A stretch of 64,000 bases of DNA from a virus. The notes beneath the pieces were generated by a model that was given only the letters and a program-made list of their open reading frames with translations, was not told the DNA's origin and ran no database searches. The stretch lies in the IMG/VR virus record IMGVR_UViG_3300028584_000094, positions 1 to 64,000 of that record. One strand, given 5' to 3'. Made by a program: the position numbers and the translations under genes. Positions 1 through 7,636 of the stretch are shown in pieces. Positions within the stretch are counted from its first letter, which is position 1. The number at the start of each line of letters is the position of its first letter.

Positions 1-18
1 ATTGACCGATGGGGTCAA

Positions 19-1755
19 ATGGATGCTGAAGAGTACAGCAGTGTTTACTACTACCCGCCCGAAGCATTCAACTACATGTTGGATCACGGTGGAAAACTAA
101 AAGGGTACGACGGTGATGTGGCTTCGGTGTATCTACATTGGGATGTGGACAACGGATCTCTTGAAGAATCTCTTCGAGTGACGCGTGAAATCTATCGACG
201 ACTTGTTGTTGATCAAAATGCTCCAAAGGGAAACATAAAAGTGTTTTCATCCGGGGCAAAAGGTTTCCACATTATCTACCTATCAAAAGGCGTGAATGAT
301 CGTGGGATGTATAAACGACTTCCGTATGTAGTTCGAACGGTGTGTGAGAAAATTGCACAAGGACTCGGAATTGATAACTCGGTTTACAATCGTGGTCGAA
401 TATTCAGAACCATTAACAGTTGGCACATGTCAACGGGTCAGTTCAAAGTAGACGTAACGGACATTTTGGTTTCTAATCTGTCACCGGAAGAAACACTGTC
501 ACAAATTGAAGTGCGTGGGTCAGCACCATATCAAACAGTTTGGTCGAATGTTCAAAATGTGGAATCACCACTTATCATGAACATGTTGGTCGAAGCTGAA
601 GACGAAGCTGAAGCGAACAAAGTAATGTCATCGGCACCAAGTATCAAAGAACAAGACATTCTGAAAATGATTACTCACGGGACAACGGAAGGGTCTCGAA
701 ACGAAGCACTCACTCGACTAGCCGGTAGATACCATGCGAAAGGAATTTCAGACAGTGAGGTGTCAGCTATTCTACACATGGTCAACCGACAATCACAAAA
801 TCCATTACCCGAATCGGAGGTTGACACTGTTGCGAAATCTGTTTGTAGTTACGCCGTTTCATTCGGCGAAGTTAAAACGGTTTCGATAAACAATGTTCAC
901 ACCATCAGAACTGCGGGAAAATCTTGGTATGATCTGTTCGCGCTGACAGGTTTCGTTTCGTTCGGACCGAAGTACACCCACTTCACCCGTGAAATGGAAG
1001 TAAGTGTTCCCGGTGACGTGATCGGAATAGTAGCAAATTCTGGTGTTGGTAAAACACAGTTGGCAATAGATCTCGTCAATGAAATGGCTATCGCTATGAA
1101 CGGTCGGTTCTTGATGATCACGATTGAGATGAACATCCAAGGGATCTTCTTCCGTGCGGCGATCACCGAGTCGTGGGACATTGTTGATGAGAAAGGTAAC
1201 GTACCTGCGAAAGCTGTTGCGAGAAACCTACACGATCCAGACACAGGACTGATGGAACGTGTCTATCAACGATACGAGCGACTTCTCATGGTTGACGAAG
1301 CGACGGGTGTTGGTCAGATCAGAGACTACGCGTTGATGGTCAAACAGGAGTTAGACAAATACAAAATCCCTCTCGTCGGTGTCGTTATTGACTACGGTCA
1401 AATGATCGATGGAACGGATGAGAACGGGAAACAAGCCGCAGTTGCCCGTGGCATAAAAACAATTGCGAAAACATTAAAGGTTCGCGTGTTCTTGTTGCTC
1501 CAACTAAACAAGACACTCGTGAAGAAATTTGAAGAGCCTAACCGATCACATATCGAAGGAACAGGTGCTTGGTTCCAATCGATGGATTACATGTTCATGA
1601 CGTGGTTGTGTAAAGAATCGACAGGTATTCTACTCGCCAAGTGTGAGAAAAACCGTTTCGGGTTGGTTGGATCACGTTTCGCTCTTGAGAAAACCGGAAT
1701 GGATTTACAGTCAATCGATTGGATACCGGATCCAGTACAGAGAAATGGCGAGTAA
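19..1755 (+). CDS. bifunctional primase-helicase (AEP-type primase N-domain, PriCT-like middle, DnaB/SF4-like helicase C-domain)
   Basis: 578-aa ORF. AEP primase motifs LHWDVD and SSGAKGFHIIY; PriCT-like GTTEGSRNEALTRLAGRYHAKG; Walker A GIVANSGVGKTQ and Walker B-like VGVVIDYGQM. The frame is open back to base 1, so the true start may lie upstream of the window. Confidence 0.75.
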   Translation: MDAEEYSSVYYYPPEAFNYMLDHGGKLKGYDGDVASVYLHWDVDNGSLEESLRVTREIYRRLVVDQNAPKGNIKVFSSGAKGFHIIYLSKGVNDRGMYKRLPYVVRTVCEKIAQGLGIDNSVYNRGRIFRTINSWHMSTGQFKVDVTDILVSNLSPEETLSQIEVRGSAPYQTVWSNVQNVESPLIMNMLVEAEDEAEANKVMSSAPSIKEQDILKMITHGTTEGSRNEALTRLAGRYHAKGISDSEVSAILHMVNRQSQNPLPESEVDTVAKSVCSYAVSFGEVKTVSINNVHTIRTAGKSWYDLFALTGFVSFGPKYTHFTREMEVSVPGDVIGIVANSGVGKTQLAIDLVNEMAIAMNGRFLMITIEMNIQGIFFRAAITESWDIVDEKGNVPAKAVARNLHDPDTGLMERVYQRYERLLMVDEATGVGQIRDYALMVKQELDKYKIPLVGVVIDYGQMIDGTDENGKQAAVARGIKTIAKTLKVRVFLLLQLNKTLVKKFEEPNRSHIEGTGAWFQSMDYMFMTWLCKESTGILLAKCEKNRFGLVGSRFALEKTGMDLQSIDWIPDPVQRNGE

Positions 1756-1766
1756 AAGGAGGAAAA

Positions 1767-2051
1767 ATGCAAGCGACGTTACGAAACAACTTGAAGAACA
1801 ATTTCACCATCGTCGCGAACGAGGTGTGTGAAGACACTTTGATTTCGATGAAAGCTCTTGGTCTTTACGTGTACATCGCTTCTAAGCCGGATGGGTGGGT
1901 GTTCTACTTGGAACAGCTCGCTCACCGATTTGGATGTGGTAAGGATGCGATACGTTCTGCACTTGGTGAACTTGAAAAAGCTAAACGGGTCGAACGGTTT
2001 AAGGAACGAAATAAACAAGGTCAATTTGTGTATTTTTATTCGATAGGATAA
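1767..2051 (+). CDS. winged-helix DNA-binding protein, DnaD/replisome-organizer N-domain-like
   Basis: 94 aa from the ATG at 1767, with SD AAAGGAGG just upstream. The track's 1719 start overlaps the upstream gene. Has the ISMKALGLYVYI...GKDAIRSALGELEKAKRV wHTH pattern. Confidence 0.55.
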   Translation: MQATLRNNLKNNFTIVANEVCEDTLISMKALGLYVYIASKPDGWVFYLEQLAHRFGCGKDAIRSALGELEKAKRVERFKERNKQGQFVYFYSIG

Positions 2052-2060
2052 TAACACTCA

Positions 2061-2081
2061 GTTCACCATTGTGTATATTAA
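2061..2081 (+). promoter_or_regulatory. operator/promoter-like motif GTTCAC-CATT-GTGTAT overlapping TATATTAA
   Basis: One of four related intergenic sites that precede + strand transcription units (also 43635, 44849, 55977). Confidence 0.4.
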
Positions 2082-2149
2082 ACATGTCGAAGTTACGCTC
2101 GACTTGAAAATCATGGCTCTTTGAGGGAACATCTCACGATGTTGCGTAA

Positions 2150-2176
2150 CCCCTCTTAGGGCTTTTTTATTTTGGT
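2150..2176 (+). terminator. weak intrinsic terminator/attenuator in the leader of the 2184 gene
   Basis: Short stem CCCT-CTT-AGGG followed by CTTTTTTATTTT. A competing helix GAGGG (2123-2127)/CCCTC (2151-2155) encloses hairpin AACATC-TCAC-GATGTT (2128-2143). Confidence 0.3.
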
Positions 2177-2183
2177 GGTTATT

Positions 2184-3086
2184 ATGACTCCACTCGAAAA
2201 ACTAGACAGACCAATTGCATTCCATCGATCATTCGTCCCGTTCGCAGGAATAACCGGTGCACTGTTACTTTCTCAGTTTATTTATTGGCAAAACAGAACA
2301 ACCTCCCCAGATGGATTCTTTTATAAAAGTGCTAGAGAGTGTGAGGAAGAAACGGGTCTAACCACTCGTGAACAGGAAACAGCTCGTAGAAGATTGCGTG
2401 ATATAGGTATTCTTGAAGAAACAAAAAGAGGGATACCATGCACGTGCCATTTTAGAATAAATGAACAGGTGTTACAGTCATCTTTAAACAGTTCTGATGG
2501 TGTTAAAAAGAGAATGTCAGTTTCCACAAATAGCGAAAACAAGTTTCAACAAATCGTCGAAACTAATTCAGAGACTACATCAGAGACTACAGTTATTAAA
2601 GAAAAATATGAAAAAGAAAGTTTGGACACTGTCAAAATTGGGAATGACCCGTTCGCAAAACTTGGCGATGTTTTAAAACAAAAAGAAAATATAACTGTCT
2701 CAAAAAACAAGCAAAAAGTTGTCACCGGTAAATCACCATTCGTAAAACCTGTTGACCCGGATGACATCACGTTTGAAGAGTTTTGGAAGATGTATGGCTC
2801 ATACCCAAGAAAACAAGACTGTCTAAAACTGTTTAGCAAGATGTCCACTGAAAACAGAAAACTGATTAAGAAACATTTATCCGAATACATTCGAATCAAA
2901 ACAAATCCAGATGGCACTCCATCTCAGTACAGGCTACGTCCGTACAACTATCTTTCTCGTGAAGGATGGTTCGAACCACTGAGAGAACAACAACTGACCA
3001 AATTCGACATTCATCGGATGACATTGAATACAAACATTGACCCAACTAAATATGACCATCTGATGGTCCCAATTAACATCGAGTGA
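2184..3086 (+). CDS. phage replication protein with N-terminal wHTH (DnaD/replication-organizer-like)
   Basis: ATG at 2184 (track start 2172 is TTG). N-terminal FAGITGALLLSQFIYWQNR...FFYKSARECEEETGLTTREQETARRRLRDIGILE is typical of phage replication-initiation wHTH domains. Confidence 0.55.
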   Translation: MTPLEKLDRPIAFHRSFVPFAGITGALLLSQFIYWQNRTTSPDGFFYKSARECEEETGLTTREQETARRRLRDIGILEETKRGIPCTCHFRINEQVLQSSLNSSDGVKKRMSVSTNSENKFQQIVETNSETTSETTVIKEKYEKESLDTVKIGNDPFAKLGDVLKQKENITVSKNKQKVVTGKSPFVKPVDPDDITFEEFWKMYGSYPRKQDCLKLFSKMSTENRKLIKKHLSEYIRIKTNPDGTPSQYRLRPYNYLSREGWFEPLREQQLTKFDIHRMTLNTNIDPTKYDHLMVPINIE

Positions 3087-3093
3087 GGAACTG

Positions 3094-3840
3094 ATGGAAA
3101 AAACAATCTTTGACGTGTCGATAGGATCGCCGGAACCGACGGTGTTTGGTGGTACGAGATGCGTTCATTGCGGAAGAGAATTCACGGAACGAATGGTACA
3201 TGGATCACCAATGTTTCAATATGATCTTCTCGATGGTACTGGGTGCTGTTCTGAAAACTGTAAAAACAGCGAACTCGCAAAACGGGCATCAGAAGCCACG
3301 GAAAAACACAAAGAGGTAGTTAGGCACTCCTTGGTGGATCTTCTTCGATCCTCGAACATCCCAGAGGGCTTCCTTAACGCGTCGTTCGATAATTTGAAAG
3401 CTAAAATTGCGTTCGTTGAGAATAGTGTCTATATAACGGGTAAAGATTCGGGCGTTGGTAAAACACACCTCGCAGTAGCCCTGTTAAGAAAACACATCGA
3501 AAATGGTCGCCATGGTAGATTCGAAACTGCTGGTATGCTGATTGAGGCATTGTTTCAAACGCGAAACAAAAATGATGAAGAAAGTTGGAGAATGAAGGAT
3601 TACGTTTCAATCGGTGTTCTCGTGGTGGATGATCTTGGAACAGAAGCACGAAACGAGACAAACACTTCCGCATTGTTCACGTTGCTCAATGAACGTATGA
3701 ACAAAATGCGACCAACTATTGTAACAACAAATCTCACACCGTTTGAATTGACGAACGTGTATGGCGACAGATTAACATCACGAATCACGTGTGGTAATTT
3801 CTTCTCAATGACAGGTAAAGATCAGAGAGGTTTCAGATGA
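3094..3840 (+). CDS. DnaC/IstB-like AAA+ helicase loader
   Basis: Walker A ITGKDSGVGKTHLAVAL, Walker B VLVVDDLGTE, sensor-like TIVTTNL; N-terminal Cys cluster CVHCG...CCSENC. Confidence 0.75.
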   Translation: MEKTIFDVSIGSPEPTVFGGTRCVHCGREFTERMVHGSPMFQYDLLDGTGCCSENCKNSELAKRASEATEKHKEVVRHSLVDLLRSSNIPEGFLNASFDNLKAKIAFVENSVYITGKDSGVGKTHLAVALLRKHIENGRHGRFETAGMLIEALFQTRNKNDEESWRMKDYVSIGVLVVDDLGTEARNETNTSALFTLLNERMNKMRPTIVTTNLTPFELTNVYGDRLTSRITCGNFFSMTGKDQRGFR

Positions 3841-4592
3841 ACGTAGAACCGATAAAAAAAGATGCACTGATTGCAGAGTTTGTTCTCGATGGTTCCCGTT
3901 GGAAAAAACGATTTGACGGCGCAGATACCCCAAACAAAAAACAAGACATGGTGTCAGAACTGATTCGACTCATGCTTGTATCGTTTGCTTCTATCAATGA
4001 TAATTCCGATGGAAGAGATAAACCGGACACCATGAGAGCGACGCTTGCGATGCTTGATAAGATCGGGCGATCTGTTGTCATGGCGAGCGATGGTATTATC
4101 CATGGATATTCGTTACATCCATTATGGGTTCCGATCTTGTTCGCTCAGTCAAATTTACAAGCGGCACTGGAACTCGATATGGCTCATTGTGTGGATGAAC
4201 ATTTCAATCGTATGCGTGACACCATTTATCGATTGTATGATGCTTATGGGTGGGATTCCGACCTATGTATAAACCCGACACACAACAGGCTAAACACGAT
4301 TCATATCGTCAACGTGAAAACAACGATGTCGGCGGATTTCGGGGAAACTTGTATCGAGATAAAAGTTATTCTAACACCATCTGTAACGAACAAATACCCG
4401 ATGGGGTCGATGTGGGAATCAACAGCCGGGAAAATATACGAGTGTTCCGGTGAGGAAAACGGTCACGTGATTATGGTTGGTGAGAACATGGTGAAGCAGG
4501 GGAGAAAATCTGAAAAATGGTATCACCCGACACTCATGATGACACAGTATCAACTAAAACGGTGGACACGCAGGAAGGACATTGAAATATGA
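3837..4592 (+). CDS. hypothetical protein
   Basis: 251-aa ORF. The ATGA overlap with the upstream stop suggests translational coupling. Confidence 0.6.
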   Translation: MNVEPIKKDALIAEFVLDGSRWKKRFDGADTPNKKQDMVSELIRLMLVSFASINDNSDGRDKPDTMRATLAMLDKIGRSVVMASDGIIHGYSLHPLWVPILFAQSNLQAALELDMAHCVDEHFNRMRDTIYRLYDAYGWDSDLCINPTHNRLNTIHIVNVKTTMSADFGETCIEIKVILTPSVTNKYPMGSMWESTAGKIYECSGEENGHVIMVGENMVKQGRKSEKWYHPTLMMTQYQLKRWTRRKDIEI

Positions 4593-4897
4593 AATCAGTC
4601 GTAAATTTAGACACCCCGACGAAGATGTTCTTTAAATTCAAATTCAATGCGTCAACTGCGGATGAAATAATCCAAGCTATCATAAAAGGTCGGCGTGTTG
4701 AACAGTATCTTGACATGACCATCATGAAGATCAGAACGACATATCTTTTAGATAAAGAAGCGTCTCACCGCTTTTTCACGGTGGTATATTCGGAAGATGG
4801 TGTTGCGAGTTCTATCCATGAATCGTATGAAACCATTCGAGCAAGTAAAACGTATGAGGGAAGGAAACCATTTTGGACACAACCAAAAATAAAATAA
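4589..4897 (+). CDS. hypothetical protein
   Basis: 102-aa ORF with an ATGA overlap with the upstream gene. Confidence 0.55.
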   Translation: MKSVVNLDTPTKMFFKFKFNASTADEIIQAIIKGRRVEQYLDMTIMKIRTTYLLDKEASHRFFTVVYSEDGVASSIHESYETIRASKTYEGRKPFWTQPKIK

Positions 4898-5073
4898 TCA
4901 GTAAAACCGTTGGAAGACTTGAAAACTTCGTAGGTCTCGCGAATGACATTGCTTCTCAAATCGAACATGATTTCACGGACGACACTGAATCGATATGGTT
5001 CGTTGACTTTTTGAACGATTTTCAAACAGATGTTAAAACAGAAATCTCTCGTCTAAAAAAGAGTGTATCATGA
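4873..5073 (+). CDS. hypothetical protein
   Basis: 66-aa ORF. Only a TTG start is available and it overlaps the upstream gene by 25 nt. Acidic, protein-like sequence. Confidence 0.4.
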   Translation: MDTTKNKIISKTVGRLENFVGLANDIASQIEHDFTDDTESIWFVDFLNDFQTDVKTEISRLKKSVS

Positions 5074-5633
5074 AAATTACGGTAACGAAATTAACGGGTA
5101 GAGACGTGGTAAAACGTGCGATGCTAACCACGCAAGGGAAACATGCTATAACACCCGATATGTCGGATGAGACCTTAACGGTTCAGCTTCTTGGGTTGCA
5201 TTCGACACTTGAGGTTTATATTTGGGAAGTTCTCATTGAAGGTTGTCCAGAACGAGAACACACCCATATTGTTCGACACGAAGAGATCGGAAAGTTTGTT
5301 TCAACCTCTCGACCCGATTGGTCTGACGAATCAACGCACGGGTCACGTATGATCAGACTTTTTATTCCAACAAATAGATTGGTTGAGATTTGTGAAGATC
5401 GTTTATGTGGGGCGGCGTGGAAAGGAACACGCGCAATCTTTTCACAGATAAAAAAGAAGGTAAGTGAAATAGATCCTCTCGTCAGTTGGTTTTTGACGCC
5501 ACCGTGTAGCAAGCGAGGATATTGCACCGAGGTTAGATCTTACTGTGGGTACTTGACGACTCAGAAGTGCACTGACGAACGAAAGTTTATCATCGATGTT
5601 TCTGCGGAGTTGGTAAAGAAGTTTAGTAAATAA
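5070..5633 (+). CDS. ThyX-like (flavin-dependent thymidylate synthase fold) protein with degenerate signature
   Basis: HSTLEVYIWEVLIEGCPEREHTHIVRHEEIGKFVSTSR aligns by eye with the ThyX block H-x-T-x-x-E-H-x-x-F-x-F...RHRxxSxxxxSxR, but it reads RHE...G...S-R. Confidence 0.35.
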   Translation: MKITVTKLTGRDVVKRAMLTTQGKHAITPDMSDETLTVQLLGLHSTLEVYIWEVLIEGCPEREHTHIVRHEEIGKFVSTSRPDWSDESTHGSRMIRLFIPTNRLVEICEDRLCGAAWKGTRAIFSQIKKKVSEIDPLVSWFLTPPCSKRGYCTEVRSYCGYLTTQKCTDERKFIIDVSAELVKKFSK

Positions 5634-5663
5634 TTCCCCATTACGTGGTGGAAAGAAGGAAGT

Positions 5664-5864
5664 ATGAAAAAGTTTGAGCTTTGGATAGAAGATGGTGACA
5701 GAAGGATTAACGATTTTGATGAGTGTTCTGAGTCAGAGTTCGTAGGGTGGCTTCTTGAAACGATTTCTAAACATGTACTTTCAAGTGGAGAACTGTCTGG
5801 AAATATCTATGATCTTGGTGGAAACAAGACAGGTAAATATTATCAAGTTGAAGATTTAGGATAA
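5664..5864 (+). CDS. hypothetical protein
   Basis: 66-aa ORF with SD GAAGGAAG upstream. It is followed by hairpin GGTGCGG (5871-5877)/CCGCACC (5894-5900). Confidence 0.55.
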   Translation: MKKFELWIEDGDRRINDFDECSESEFVGWLLETISKHVLSSGELSGNIYDLGGNKTGKYYQVEDLG

Positions 5865-5936
5865 CGGTGAGGTGCGGTGACTGAAATACAGCCCCGCACC
5901 CGCCGTGGTTATGTAACAACATAGAGAGGATAGAGA

Positions 5937-6566
5937 ATGGCGAAGATACTTGTAGCTTGTGAAGAATCTCAAGCGGTTACGAAAGAGTTGAGAGCATTGG
6001 GACACGAAGCGTATTCGTGTGACATTCTGCCGTCAAGTGGTGGTCATCCAGAATGGCACTTACAACAGGATGTGACGAAATTACTTGAACAGGAATGGGA
6101 CGGAATTATCGCTTTTCCCCCGTGTACTTATCTGACAGTAACTGGCAATCGTTGGTTTAACATTGAAAGATATGGCGAACAAGCACTAAAACGGCACGAA
6201 GATAGGAAAGACGCTATTTGGTTTTTTAAACTTTTTGCAAATGCTAAATGCGATAAAGTTGCAATTGAAAACCCTGTTGGTATTATGAGCAGTGAGTGGA
6301 GAAAACCCGACCAAATTATAAACCCGTTTCAGTTCGGTGATGCTTTTGAGAAGAAAACCTGTTTGTGGTTAAAAGGTTTGCCTAATTTGACACCGACAAA
6401 TATAGTTGAACCACCTGCGAGAACTCAATTTGATAGCGGGAAAAGTATGCCTTCTTGGTATGCTGATGCTTGGAAGTTACCAAAAGAAGAGCGTGCGAAG
6501 TTGCGCTCCAAAACATTCCAAGGAATAGCAAAAGCAATGGCTGAACAGTGGTTCGGTCGTGTGTAA
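5937..6566 (+). CDS. short C5 cytosine DNA methyltransferase-like protein
   Basis: ILVACEESQAVTKELRALGHEAYSCD N-terminus, FPPCTYL (PC motif IV-like) and IENPVG (ENV motif VI-like). Resembles the about 200-aa phage family usually annotated as DNA cytosine methyltransferase. Confidence 0.5.
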   Translation: MAKILVACEESQAVTKELRALGHEAYSCDILPSSGGHPEWHLQQDVTKLLEQEWDGIIAFPPCTYLTVTGNRWFNIERYGEQALKRHEDRKDAIWFFKLFANAKCDKVAIENPVGIMSSEWRKPDQIINPFQFGDAFEKKTCLWLKGLPNLTPTNIVEPPARTQFDSGKSMPSWYADAWKLPKEERAKLRSKTFQGIAKAMAEQWFGRV

Positions 6567-6617
6567 ATCGTTGGGTGCTCAAACAGGTAAGAGTTTCTAA
6601 AAGAAAAGGGTTGAGGA

Positions 6618-6872
6618 ATGACAGATCGTAGAAACGCTTCTCTCGCGGAGAAGTCAGAACGTAGAAGACAGCGGTATGAAGCCCGCTCCAAGTTGGAAGA
6701 AAAACTTGGTCGTAAGTTGAAACCGGGTGAGGAAGCGGATCACGTTTCTCCTCGCCACGGGAAAAAGTCGTATAACAATTCTGAAAGCAACCTACAGGTG
6801 AAAAAGGAAATCGAACACAAAAAGAAATCTAAAACAGATGGGGGAACTGGTGGCAGACCGCGAAAAAAGTAA
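6618..6872 (+). CDS. small HNH-family endonuclease-like protein
   Basis: EADHVSP...ESNLQVKKEIEHKKK matches the D-H...N...N-L...H HNH pattern. Very basic 84 aa. Confidence 0.5.
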   Translation: MTDRRNASLAEKSERRRQRYEARSKLEEKLGRKLKPGEEADHVSPRHGKKSYNNSESNLQVKKEIEHKKKSKTDGGTGGRPRKK

Positions 6873-6873
6873 C

Positions 6874-7038
6874 ATGCAGAAAATAACCGACTATGTTCGA
6901 TCGGCAACCAAACGACAACTTGAGCGTGATGCTTCTGGACTAATAGTGTATCGGACATACGTTGAAAATATGGGTGTTCGTGATCGCATCAGATTTCTTT
7001 TCACTGGAAACGTTTTTCCGAAAGCTAAAAAGAAATGA
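6874..7038 (+). CDS. hypothetical protein
   Basis: ATG at 6874 lies right after the upstream stop. The track's 6838 start overlaps the HNH gene. Confidence 0.45.
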   Translation: MQKITDYVRSATKRQLERDASGLIVYRTYVENMGVRDRIRFLFTGNVFPKAKKK

Positions 7039-7631
7039 CCGACGAGGGAAAACTAATCTACGACTCCGACGAGGAAGAATGGTTTAGTTGGTGGGTTCAA
7101 GAGTTGGTAAATATTGGTGTGATTGTTTCGCACCAATACCACCCATCCTCATTCCCACTGACAACGAAGCATGTGATACCATACACCAAACGAACGCAAA
7201 TGAAAACCAAGTTAAAGGAGGAAACAAAAGACATGATCGTTCTGAACCCAATGGTCTATACTCCCGATTGGAGGATCAAGTTCAGCCCAATGTTCATGCT
7301 GAAAGGTTTTGCTAGCGGTCTCATCGCTGACATTGGAACGAAAACTGTTATCGGGAATGAGCCACTGATCGTGACCACCAACGGATGGTGGACTGTCGAT
7401 GTTAAAGGTGTTGCCACCAAATACGATGATGGTCGATACTTTACTGCGATGCAAAAGATCACCTACGACAAACATGGTATTTATGTACAGAGACTTGAAC
7501 TCTCTAACAAACTGTCTTCGATATTCGCACGCACATTCACACCACGGCTATTCTTGAAAACTCCAACAAAAAAGGTGCGTACCCTAAAGTACACACCTAT
7601 ATCGGCAGAAACGTGGGTCGGTCTTATTTGA
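7035..7631 (+). CDS. PD-(D/E)XK nuclease, T7 endonuclease I-like (candidate Holliday-junction resolvase)
   Basis: VYTPDWRI ... WWTVDVKG ... YDDGRYF parallels the YTPDF ... E-x-KG ... DDRK core of T7 gene 3 endonuclease. Confidence 0.45.
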   Translation: MTDEGKLIYDSDEEEWFSWWVQELVNIGVIVSHQYHPSSFPLTTKHVIPYTKRTQMKTKLKEETKDMIVLNPMVYTPDWRIKFSPMFMLKGFASGLIADIGTKTVIGNEPLIVTTNGWWTVDVKGVATKYDDGRYFTAMQKITYDKHGIYVQRLELSNKLSSIFARTFTPRLFLKTPTKKVRTLKYTPISAETWVGLI

Positions 7632-7636
7632 CCGAC
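7617..7636. terminator. hairpin at the convergent junction (candidate bidirectional terminator)
   Basis: GTCGGTC (7617-7623) - TTATTT - GACCGAC (7630-7636). Both stop codons of the convergent genes (TGA 7629-7631 on +, TAA 7624-7626 on -) lie inside it. Confidence 0.4.
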
